In this document: positions 18,781-25,267 of the stretch, piece by piece
How the letters are laid out: every line of letters begins with the position of its first letter
How positions within the stretch are numbered: position 1 is the first letter of the stretch
Assembly (NCBI GenBank): GCA_016214555.1
Contig: JACROF010000008.1
Coordinates: 1-47,140, forward strand
Direction of reading: 5' to 3'
DNA length: 47,140 bases
DNA from: Candidatus Levyibacteriota bacterium
GTDB taxonomy: Bacteria; Patescibacteriota; Microgenomatia; Levybacterales; UBA12049
Notes under the pieces: model-generated
The model's input: only the letters and a program-made list of their open reading frames with translations
Databases searched by the model: none
Told to the model about the DNA's origin: nothing
Translations under genes and position numbers: made by a program

Positions 18781-18947
18781 ATAAAGACCTTATTGCAGTT
18801 GTTAAGGTTCGATTTATCTGATAATTCTCACAAAATGAGAACAATAAGATATCCAGTCATAAAACTATGAGTGGGGAAAAGAGCAGAAAGAGGGGATTGC
18901 GAGGAGGTGCTTTCAGTGCGCTTTTCTCCAGCCATATTGTAAAAGGC

Positions 18948-19712
18948 TTAGCTTGTCTTTCGACGAAGGATAAGTCCGCCAATACTTGATGGGATAAGTG
19001 CAAAAAGAGCTAGCATCTCAGCTCCAGTTTTTGGAGTTGCTTTAGCATTAGGTGAAGGATAAACAACCTGTCCGCCCTTAGTCATGGTACTAGTCGTACC
19101 AAGGGTTGGTTTTTGAATACAAACCTGTGCATTGTCTTGATTTTGTACGTTATTAACAGCTACAAAAGACTGATTGGTTTCACAAAGGATTCCTTGATCA
19201 GCAGGAAGATCTGATGCCTGAGCAATTTTTGCGTTAAGAGTGAATGTCTTAGATTCATTTACTTTAAAGTCTCCAGCATTGAAGGTGAGCGTTTTAGTAC
19301 TATTGTCATACGAGCCACCTGAGATACCAGATACATAGGTAAGATGAGATGGGAGTACATCGGTGACACTTACATTTGATAGAGCCTGATCTGAAGTATT
19401 TGTTACTTTGAGCTGAAATGAAACGGTGTCATTTGGAGCGTATTTAGGATCATTGATTGTAAGGTTGTCAACGAATTGTCCTGATTGAGGATTTTTAACA
19501 GATTTATCAATAAGGATTTTTGTGGTAACACAGTTAGTTCCGCCACCATAGGTAGGCTCACAAGTAGTTGTGCCGTAGCCACCAGTGTTGTTATTGGTTG
19601 TTGAGAGAACTGCTTGAGTTGGAGTAGGAGTTACATTCCCTGATGCAAATGCAGGAACAGTAACGATACTTCCAAGAATAAGTGCAGATGTTATAGCGAT
19701 AGTTTTATTCAT
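18948..19712 (-). CDS. Cell-surface protein with DUF11-like repeat and a PxTG-type sorting signal
   Basis: Signal peptide MNKTIAITSALILGSIVTVPAFA. Motif NDTVSFQLKVTNTSDQALSNVSVTDVLP. C-terminal PKTG, hydrophobic stretch, then RRK. A+T-rich like the backbone. Confidence 0.75.
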   Translation of the reverse strand: MNKTIAITSALILGSIVTVPAFASGNVTPTPTQAVLSTTNNNTGGYGTTTCEPTYGGGTNCVTTKILIDKSVKNPQSGQFVDNLTINDPKYAPNDTVSFQLKVTNTSDQALSNVSVTDVLPSHLTYVSGISGGSYDNSTKTLTFNAGDFKVNESKTFTLNAKIAQASDLPADQGILCETNQSFVAVNNVQNQDNAQVCIQKPTLGTTSTMTKGGQVVYPSPNAKATPKTGAEMLALFALIPSSIGGLILRRKTS

Positions 19713-19753
19713 ATCTTTTAGAGCAAAAATTTTGCCTCAAAATTGATCTGTGA

Positions 19754-19782
19754 ACTATATCATATCTTATAGGATATGTCAA
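19754..19782 (-). promoter_or_regulatory. Sigma70-like promoter, conserved cassette copy b
   Basis: TTGACA-TATCCTATAAGATATGA-TATAGT with a 17-nt spacer. Confidence 0.6.
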
Positions 19783-19944
19783 GCATTTTAATACTTAGGC
19801 ATTTCGTGAACTTCCTCGAAGTGGCAGTGCGAGGAGCACAAAGGGCAAGGCAGCCACAAAACTTAATAGTTTTGTGCTTTTATAGTTCGTATTTTTCCGA
19901 GTTCTTTTTCTCATAGTTTTTTCTTATTGTCAAGTGTTTTAGTG

Positions 19945-19967
19945 TTTTAGGGGTGAAACCCCTAAAA
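19945..19967. repeat. REP-like hairpin TTTTAGGGG-TGAAA-CCCCTAAAA
   Basis: Same 17-nt core TAGGGGTGAAACCCCTA as the hairpins flanking the RAYT gene at 40.8-41.5 kb. Confidence 0.75.
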
Positions 19968-20013
19968 GTTTAATATAATTGCCGAATTCTGATGAGGAGA
20001 TTTCCTCAGCAAA

Positions 20014-20060
20014 ATATGGCAAGGCACTCAAGAGTGGGGAGAGAATGAACCTTGCCATAT
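20014..20060 (-). terminator. 11-bp inverted repeat at the downstream edge of the large GC-rich block (terminator-like)
   Basis: ATATGGCAAGG (20014-20024) and CCTTGCCATAT (20050-20060) with a 25-nt loop. No clean U-tract. Confidence 0.35.
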
Positions 20061-20094
20061 AATTGCAGCGCATGCTGCGAGATGGAAGAGGTAA

Positions 20095-20376
20095 TTATTT
20101 CCTTTCTGTACTATTAGATTCTGCGTGATCGAGCCTGCGAGCCTTGCGGCCCACAAGCTTGATAGCAATGATTGCCAGCGTTGCTCCAGAGAGCATGGAG
20201 GCTCCAAGTCCAATCTGAAAGCCTGTAGTGTCCCATGAGCCACCTTCCCATGGATGCTGTGCCCATAGTATGAGCACGGTCCAGAAAAGCGCTATGCTTG
20301 CTACGCAGACCAGGAAAGGGTGTTTCCTGAGTCTTTCAGCCAGAACCAGATCATACTCGTCTCTGAAAAGTTTCAC
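20095..20376 (-). CDS. Hypothetical small membrane protein (2 TM)
   Basis: 93 aa. GTG start with AAGGA upstream. Two hydrophobic spans. Confidence 0.55.
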   Translation of the reverse strand: MKLFRDEYDLVLAERLRKHPFLVCVASIALFWTVLILWAQHPWEGGSWDTTGFQIGLGASMLSGATLAIIAIKLVGRKARRLDHAESNSTERK

Positions 20377-20420
20377 GCTCGATTCCTTTCGTGTGAACGA
20401 AGATGGGCCGAGCGGGGAGT

Positions 20421-20723
20421 TTATCCGGTGCGAGCCGGATGGCTTACAAGGCCTTTTTTCGTTTTTCTCTCCCTTTCTCTCAGGAGGTTTTGGCCGAACT
20501 CGATTTCTCGTCGAGTGGCTTTTCGCTCAAAACGAAATGATGTGCTTTCAAAGAAGGGGTGGAGATGTGCATCAAATATATCCTGCGTGTGCAGCATGCG
20601 CAAAACGACTAAGCCCTCTTTTTCAAAAATAGCGACAATATGCAGCTCATGCCCGAAGGCATTCTGAATGATGTTGCCTTCCCGGATATGCTCCGGGAGC
20701 GATCGCTCTGGTTTTTCAGCCAT
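20421..20723 (-). CDS. Hypothetical protein, translationally coupled to 20716-20952
   Basis: Preferred start is MAEKPERS at 20723. ATGGCTGA overlaps the upstream stop. Confidence 0.5.
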   Translation of the reverse strand: MAEKPERSLPEHIREGNIIQNAFGHELHIVAIFEKEGLVVLRMLHTQDIFDAHLHPFFESTSFRFERKATRREIEFGQNLLRERERKTKKGLVSHPARTG

Positions 20724-20952
20724 TTTCTGGCTCAGATCTGAGCATGTCTGACTGACCACATGTCAGCTTGACGTGCTGTTGTCTTGCGAGGCGCTGTGCC
20801 TCAGCTAAGGATATCCTTGATGCGCCATGTCCACGATTTCGTCCTCTTCTATTGACGAGAACCTCCTCTCCATCGCGGGCGAAGAGTTCCAGCACTGTGT
20901 GAGTGTCGTCGGGGTCATGGACCTCGATAGGCGGATCAATATGTTGAAACAT
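20716..20952 (-). CDS. Hypothetical 78-aa protein
   Basis: Preferred start is MFQHIDPP at 20952, with AAGGAG 8 nt upstream. Confidence 0.5.
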   Translation of the reverse strand: MFQHIDPPIEVHDPDDTHTVLELFARDGEEVLVNRRGRNRGHGASRISLAEAQRLARQQHVKLTCGQSDMLRSEPENG

Positions 20953-21186
20953 GAGCTCTTCTCCTTGCGGCACAAGCCACGCTAAAATTTCCGGCAGAAA
21001 ATGTGGATGCCGGGCAATCGAGCACGAAACAATTCCTGCCCGGAAAGCGCTTCGTACTCAGTTGCCCGCACCACATGTGTCTAATAGTAATGAGTGCCTT
21101 GTTAAAGTACCTCTCTTTAGTGATGAATGAGCAGGGTAGGTATCTACGCTCCTCATTGAGCACTAAGGGTCTAGCATTATAGCAAG

Positions 21187-21215
21187 TGACAAATGTTTAT
21201 GCCTGACATTTGTCA
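21187..21215. promoter_or_regulatory. Operator-like perfect 10-bp inverted repeat next to a TATAAT box
   Basis: TGACAAATGT-N9-ACATTTGTCA. A minus-strand TATAAT lies at 21176-21181. Confidence 0.45.
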
Positions 21216-21243
21216 AACCAATAGTAATTACTTGCCAAACTTT

Positions 21244-21310
21244 TCTGTTTCGCTCTGTGATCTTTCGATCGAGGACTCATCAGGCCCCGATACTCATCGG
21301 GACGACAGAT
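21244..21310 (-). ncRNA. Type III hammerhead ribozyme motif HH3
   Basis: AUCUGUC|GUCCCGAU-GAGU-AUCGGGGC CUGAUGA GUCCUCGAUC-GAAA-GAUCACAGAGC GAA ACAGA. Confidence 0.8.
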
Positions 21311-21336
21311 GGGGTGGGGGCTTTCGCCCCCACCCC
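21311..21336 (-). other. GNRA-capped 11-bp GC hairpin abutting HH3
   Basis: GGGGUGGGGGC-GAAA-GCCCCCACCCC on the minus strand. Identical copies at 24844-24869 and 25268-25293. Confidence 0.85.
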
Positions 21337-21354
21337 GGAAAAAAAAGACAAGTG

Positions 21355-21654
21355 CTAGTGCGATAGCGCGTACAGTTGTCCCAAGCGGGACTTGATCTGC
21401 TCGCGAAGCGCGATCATGATGTGAGCGAGGCCTTCGAGCAGGACGTTGGTAACCCGATTGAGCAGGTCATTGTCGTCCGCCGGAAGTCTTGCCCCGTCCA
21501 TGGTCGTAATCACGGCCTGCTCATCTCGCAGGTTGGTCGAGAAGTGAAGAGCCTCGTCGAGGCGAGCTTTCGCCGCCTTGAGGCTCCGCATTCGGACGTT
21601 TATTTCGTCCCGCGAAATGGCCGAAACCTGAATTGCTGTGATGGCCGTATTCAT
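21355..21654 (-). CDS. Hypothetical 99-aa protein (helical/coiled-coil-like)
   Basis: Preferred start is MNTAITAI at 21654, with AAGGAGG upstream. The ORF track extends to 21771. Confidence 0.55.
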   Translation of the reverse strand: MNTAITAIQVSAISRDEINVRMRSLKAAKARLDEALHFSTNLRDEQAVITTMDGARLPADDNDLLNRVTNVLLEGLAHIMIALREQIKSRLGQLYALSH

Positions 21655-21785
21655 CCGGCCACCTCCTTGTTGGCATACTTTTCCTACCCTCGTAGAAAAA
21701 GACTGTGCAGTGCCAAGCATCAGCGACAAACCTTGAGGGGTAGGCTTATCGCTAATTCTTGGATAAAGCATTTGTTAAAGATGGG

Positions 21786-21813
21786 CTTGGTGCGGGATTT
21801 CTCCCGCACCAAG
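21786..21813 (-). other. 12-bp GC hairpin after the small basic ORF
   Basis: CTTGGTGCGGGA-TTTC-TCCCGCACCAAG, followed on the minus strand by CCCAUCUUUAACAAAUG with no ribozyme. Confidence 0.75.
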
Positions 21814-21827
21814 TGGTGAGACCATGC

Positions 21828-21944
21828 TCAGTATCTGTCAGGCTCGTCGTTGGGCTTCTTGCCCGATTTCTGCGTGATCCCCAGGCGTTTTCGTGCCTGG
21901 GCACGCTCGTGCCGACGTTTTGCCTTTCGAGCTTTTCTGGCCAT
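21828..21944 (-). CDS. Hypothetical 38-aa highly basic peptide (below the ORF-track cutoff)
   Basis: Hand translation gives MARKARKAKRRHERAQARKRLGITQKSGKKPNDEPDRY. AAAGGAG lies 4 nt upstream of the ATG. Confidence 0.45.
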   Translation of the reverse strand: MARKARKAKRRHERAQARKRLGITQKSGKKPNDEPDRY

Positions 21945-22147
21945 GGTACTCCTTTGGCTGTTTATTGCCCAAAACCATTTCAGGCAATACTAGCGTTTGC
22001 CAGGCGCCAGCAGAAAATCTCGAAAGATTCGGGACTTGCTGCTAGCACCTGATACTTGTCTTTATGTAAATGTGCTTGTGACTTTTTTCAGGATAGAGCG
22101 CTATCCTCAAGAAAATCAGCATTCGGTTTTCGAAAAAGGGAATTGTC

Positions 22148-22171
22148 GGGGTCCCGCCAAGGCGGGACCCC
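22148..22171 (-). other. GC hairpin GGGGTCCCGCC/GGCGGGACCCC after the stop of 22203-22532
   Basis: 11-bp arms. A U-run occurs only about 10 nt further downstream, so this is a weak terminator at best. Confidence 0.6.
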
Positions 22172-22202
22172 AGGGATGAAAGCGCATCAATCGTAGAGGC
22201 GA

Positions 22203-22532
22203 TTAGCTTACTCCTGCGAGGAGAAGATCGCCTGTTCCGAGCGGTGCGTTGAAAAGACACGTGAGGCACTCTGCGAAGTGCCTTCTCACAAATGGGTCAG
22301 AGCAGTTTCCTGCTCGAGCCAAAAGTCGCGCAAGCGTGCAGTCTTCGCTCTCCCCTTGATCGGGGATGACCTCGAACTGGACCTCGCGTTTTTTCGGAGC
22401 TTTTGCCAGCCGCCTTATGGCAGGCTGGATCAGCTCTGGTGGCAGACGGTCGTACAGAATTCCTCGGTACTCAATCCTCAATGGGCTTTCTCCTTTTGCT
22501 TGTGCCTTTTCCAGAACGTCTGGAGTTGGCAC
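22203..22532 (-). CDS. Hypothetical 109-aa protein
   Basis: GTG start with no obvious SD. The ORF is co-oriented with its neighbours. Confidence 0.45.
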   Translation of the reverse strand: MPTPDVLEKAQAKGESPLRIEYRGILYDRLPPELIQPAIRRLAKAPKKREVQFEVIPDQGESEDCTLARLLARAGNCSDPFVRRHFAECLTCLFNAPLGTGDLLLAGVS

Positions 22533-22554
22533 CCGAATGCTGTGTTAAAGTTCG

Positions 22555-22616
22555 CTGTTTCGCCCGCCCTCGTAATAGCAAGGTCGAGGCTCATCGGTCC
22601 CGCTACGCGGGACCGC
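22555..22616 (-). ncRNA. Decayed hammerhead-like element HH4* (probably inactive)
   Basis: Same helix II as HH2/HH7 and same helix I as HH7. However the core reads CCGAUGA (U4 to C) and the cleavage triplet is CGG instead of GUC. It shares the 3' flank AGCGAACUUUAACACAGCAUUCG with HH5. Confidence 0.5.
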
Positions 22617-22629
22617 CCTATGAAAACGA

Positions 22630-23040
22630 CTACTCGTCGTTGTTGACGATGATCTCGCCAACCATGCCCACCAACTCGTGGGGGACACAGACGTAGTGAT
22701 ACGTCCCAGGAATCTGGAACGTATAGCTCCAGCTCTCGCCGGGTTGCAAAAGTCCTGAGTCCCAGGCTTCTGCTCCAACGGGAAGCAAGACAAGATTCGG
22801 GTTACGAACCTTGTTCGCGTCCGTAGTGACGCTGTGGACCAGTTCCTTGCTGACATTTTTCCAGGTGACGGTGTCACCGGGACGAATGGTCAGCGTGTGT
22901 GGGTCAAAGGTCATGTCGTTGGTCATTCTGACCACGTAGTCCTTTGGACCGGAGTCGTCCTGGGTGAGCCTGACGTAGGCAACGGTGCCTAGTAGGGCAG
23001 CCCAGAGCACAATGATCAAAACGATTTTTGTATTGCGCAT
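22630..23040 (-). CDS. Cupredoxin (plastocyanin/amicyanin/halocyanin-like blue copper protein) with N-terminal signal-anchor
   Basis: Preferred start is MRNTKIV at 23040, with GGAGG upstream. Type-1 Cu ligand pattern: H (VHSVTTD) plus C-x2-H-x4-M (YVCVPHELVGM). Confidence 0.8.
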   Translation of the reverse strand: MRNTKIVLIIVLWAALLGTVAYVRLTQDDSGPKDYVVRMTNDMTFDPHTLTIRPGDTVTWKNVSKELVHSVTTDANKVRNPNLVLLPVGAEAWDSGLLQPGESWSYTFQIPGTYHYVCVPHELVGMVGEIIVNNDE

Positions 23041-23083
23041 TTTTGCCTCCAAGACTTCAAATCGAATGCTGTGTTAAAGTTCG

Positions 23084-23133
23084 CTGTTTCGGCCTTTCAG
23101 GCCTCATCAGTTCCGATATCAATCGGAAGACAG
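23084..23133 (-). ncRNA. Type III hammerhead ribozyme motif HH5
   Basis: CUGUC|UUCCGAU-UGAU-AUCGGAA CUGAUGA GGCC-UGAAA-GGCC GAA ACAG. Confidence 0.8.
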
Positions 23134-23157
23134 AAGGTGTTGTGGGAAGGTTGGTTG

Positions 23158-23181
23158 CCGGGGGCGCATCTGCGCCCCCGG
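23158..23181 (-). other. GC hairpin after the stop of 23188-23610
   Basis: CCGGGGGCGCA/TGCGCCCCCGG. Lies 24 nt upstream of HH5. Confidence 0.75.
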
Positions 23182-23187
23182 CTGAGA

Positions 23188-23610
23188 TCAATCATCTGTC
23201 TCGGATCGAATGTCGTCGTCCAAGTCCTCAAGAGAGATCCCTTCCTTCGCAAGCCCATGCAAGATCTCGCCACCGTTCCATTTTCTGGAACAGGGGAGCG
23301 ATGAGAGCCGCTCGTGAAGGTCCTCGAGCTGAGCCATTAGACCTCTCGAATGCGTCAGGTTGGCGCGAATTCGCCCCAGCCGCCGCGGATCGATGTCTTT
23401 GGCTAGGGAGCCATTCTGGAGATCCTCGATCGTCTCCCGGAGATCCTCGATCGCATCATCGACCTCCTCGTGGGAGATCTCTTGATCGTCGCGATCGCGA
23501 GCGAGAAGGTCAGCGACTGTGTCATGCGAATGGAAGATGTCCTCCCATCGCCTCAGCCCCTCAAGGGGCGCGACTTTTTCGAAATCGTCCGCTGTTGAAC
23601 CCGTAGACAT
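23188..23610 (-). CDS. Hypothetical acidic 140-aa protein
   Basis: ATG with GAAAGG upstream. The overlapping plus-strand ORF 23028-23606 is Arg-rich and looks like an antisense artefact. Confidence 0.55.
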   Translation of the reverse strand: MSTGSTADDFEKVAPLEGLRRWEDIFHSHDTVADLLARDRDDQEISHEEVDDAIEDLRETIEDLQNGSLAKDIDPRRLGRIRANLTHSRGLMAQLEDLHERLSSLPCSRKWNGGEILHGLAKEGISLEDLDDDIRSETDD

Positions 23611-23629
23611 ATGATTGCCTTTCGCGTTT

Positions 23630-23655
23630 TATATTCTGTCACGTGACAGAATATA
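23630..23655. promoter_or_regulatory. Perfect 26-bp palindrome (operator-like) 20 nt upstream of the 23610 start codon
   Basis: TATATTCTGTCAC|GTGACAGAATATA. Confidence 0.5.
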
Positions 23656-23788
23656 GCAATGGTACTCGCCAGTACCAGCATGAAAGACACTAGGGTATAG
23701 CGCCCTTTATGTTGGTACTAACGTAACCTATATTATACAACACCTTGTTAAAGCTCGTCCTCCTTCGCATAAAGCCTCGGAGGACAAG

Positions 23789-23850
23789 CTGTTTTCATCT
23801 TGCCCTGCAGAGCAGGGAAGAATCATCAGGTCGCCTATGGCGACTAACAG
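23789..23850 (-). ncRNA. Type III hammerhead ribozyme motif HH6 (variant)
   Basis: CUGUUA|GUCGCC-AUA-GGCGAC CUGAUGA UUCUUCCCUGC-UCU-GCAGGGCAAGAU GAA AACAG. The core is intact and the cleavage triplet is UUA. Helix II closes with U.U instead of the usual G-C. Confidence 0.6.
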
Positions 23851-23872
23851 ATACAGGGGGCAAGTAAGAGTT

Positions 23873-23898
23873 GGCGGGTGGGAATGACCCCACCCGCC
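23873..23898 (-). other. 10-bp GC hairpin after the stop of 23907-24566
   Basis: GGCGGGTGGG-AATGAC-CCCACCCGCC. Lies 22 nt upstream of HH6. Confidence 0.75.
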
Positions 23899-23906
23899 GG
23901 AGTAAC

Positions 23907-24566
23907 CTAGTCGACCGCCTCGGCCCACAATGTTACGGCACTCCGTTTCGTGATGGTTCCTGGAAAATCTGAGCCCCCTTCACGATCGAGGAGCGCGTGC
24001 TGGGGTACGGTGAAACACGAAGTGTCTCCCCGATAGATCCAGCCATTGGGCGTGCCGCGGTGACGAATCCACCCATCAGTGTTCCCGCCGACGATGGTCG
24101 ACAGGACGTTTGGGTTGATCTCGGCAAGAGCGGGTAGCGTGCCCATCTCTTGAGCCTCGCATCGGCCGGTGATTTCGCGGACCGCCTGGTCTTTGAAATT
24201 TTTGGCCTCGTCCTTGCCCAGCTCGATATAGAGCTTGGTCGCGAATCGGGTGAACTCGACCGTTTGTCGAGTTTGTGAGATGATTTTTGCTCCATGAGCG
24301 TAGCCGGTATAGAAGCCGGTGCCGGTCATGGTGATTCCGACGAGACCCGCAAGCCCTACCGCAGCAACCTTCTTGAGTATGCTGCCTCGTTGTCGGGCAT
24401 TCTGAGCAACCGACTCGCCCGTCTCCGGAAATTCCGGAGCGATGTCGTCCTCCTCAGCTGGAAGCTGGGGAAGAGCGGGTTGACCGCCGGCGAAAAAGCT
24501 GGCGACGATACCGAAAACGAGCAGAGCACTGATCGCGGAAAAAATCTTTCCAACAATGCGTAGCAT
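23907..24566 (-). CDS. Hypothetical membrane-anchored 219-aa protein
   Basis: Preferred start is MLRIVGKIFSAISALLVFGIVASFF at 24566, with AAAAGGAG upstream. The ORF track extends to 24701 through the repeat. Confidence 0.55.
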   Translation of the reverse strand: MLRIVGKIFSAISALLVFGIVASFFAGGQPALPQLPAEEDDIAPEFPETGESVAQNARQRGSILKKVAAVGLAGLVGITMTGTGFYTGYAHGAKIISQTRQTVEFTRFATKLYIELGKDEAKNFKDQAVREITGRCEAQEMGTLPALAEINPNVLSTIVGGNTDGWIRHRGTPNGWIYRGDTSCFTVPQHALLDREGGSDFPGTITKRSAVTLWAEAVD

Positions 24567-24622
24567 CGATCTCTCCTTTTGGGATAGAATTCGCGACGAT
24601 CTGTCGCGAAGCTTGCTTTTAG

Positions 24623-24690
24623 CCAGCTGCTGCACGGTGACTTTGGCACGGGCAGAAATAGCACCGTGTTCACGAACATGCAGAAGCTGG
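24623..24690 (-). repeat. 68-bp perfect repeat, copy A (candidate structured 5'-leader element)
   Basis: Identical to 26139-26206. The outer stem CCAGCU/AGCUGG is extended by different flanking pairs in the two copies. Confidence 0.8.
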
Positions 24691-24777
24691 CATAAAGCCA
24701 TAGATAGGTTTTTCTTAAAACCCCCTGTATGTAAAAGAACTCCCTCCTTTGCTCTTGCGAGCCTGGAGGACTATACG

Positions 24778-24843
24778 TCTGTTTCGCCCGCCCTCGCAAT
24801 AGCAAGGTCGAGGCTCATCAGTCCCGCTAAGCGGGAGACAGAT
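24778..24843 (-). ncRNA. Type III hammerhead ribozyme motif HH7
   Basis: AUCUGUC|UCCCGC-UUA-GCGGGA CUGAUGA G-CCUCG-ACCUUGCUAUUG-CGAGG-GCGGG-C GAA ACAGA. Confidence 0.78.
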
Positions 24844-24869
24844 GGGGTGGGGGCTTTCGCCCCCACCCC
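24844..24869 (-). other. GNRA-capped 11-bp GC hairpin abutting HH7
   Basis: GGGGUGGGGGC-GAAA-GCCCCCACCCC. Starts 7 nt after the stop of 24877-25173. Confidence 0.85.
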
Positions 24870-24876
24870 GGGATAG

Positions 24877-25173
24877 CTACAAGCGACGGATTACTTTTCC
24901 GTCTTTGATCCAATGTCCATCAGCGATGCTGTGGACTTCGGGATTGTCGAGTCGAGGCTGCTCGATTCGACCCTGGGCTCGTAGTTCGCGAACCAGCTCA
25001 GCGGCTTCGACGGGAAAGTCCCGCCAATAGCTTCGCTGGTACATCTTGACGAGCTCGGCCCAGTCCTCTTCGGTGCGGGCCGTCGTGCCCGCTACGATCT
25101 TCTCGACGTCCTCCCGGGCAACACGCCCTCTGAGGATGTCTTGAACGCAGAAAGAAAGACTGCGACCAATCAT
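24877..25173 (-). CDS. Hypothetical 98-aa protein
   Basis: ATG with AAGGAGG 6 nt upstream. Lies between HH8 and HH7. Confidence 0.6.
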   Translation of the reverse strand: MIGRSLSFCVQDILRGRVAREDVEKIVAGTTARTEEDWAELVKMYQRSYWRDFPVEAAELVRELRAQGRIEQPRLDNPEVHSIADGHWIKDGKVIRRL

Positions 25174-25196
25174 GCTAACCTCCTTTTAAAGAACTT

Positions 25197-25267
25197 TCTG
25201 TTTCGCTCTCATCCGCCTGTTGGCGGAAATGAGCTCATCAGGTCCGATGTTCATCGGGACGACAGAT
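25197..25267 (-). ncRNA. Type III hammerhead ribozyme motif HH8
   Basis: AUCUGUC|GUCCCGAU-GAAC-AUCGGAC CUGAUGA GCUCAUUUCCGCC-AACA-GGCGGAUGAGAGC GAA ACAGA. Its 3' end lies 23 nt before the ATG at 25173. Confidence 0.8.

Noticed and set aside
17633-18798. 14-nt inverted repeats (CTGCAATAAGGTCT at 17633-17646 and its complement at 18785-18798) flanking the 17692-18546 module, considered as possible terminal inverted repeats.
   Set aside because: A few 14-mer inverted matches are expected by chance in 47 kb. There is no transposase and no target-site duplication, and the right copy lies within a promoter spacer.
19989-20010. Plus-strand CUGAUGAG followed by a hairpin, considered as a possible hammerhead on the other strand.
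   Set aside because: The hairpin (TGAGGA/TCCTCA) consumes part of the would-be core. No GAAA follows, and no helix I or helix III partners are present.
21717-21723. Minus-strand CUGAUGC inside the leader of 21355-21654, considered as a variant hammerhead.
   Set aside because: A9 is replaced by C, and no consistent helix II/GAAA/helix III arrangement could be drawn.
24623-24690. The 68-nt repeat as another self-cleaving ribozyme class (twister, pistol or hatchet), since these often co-occur with hammerheads.
   Set aside because: I could not map the conserved nucleotides or pseudoknot architecture of those classes onto either strand from memory. It is kept only as an unassigned structured repeat that needs covariance-model and cleavage tests.
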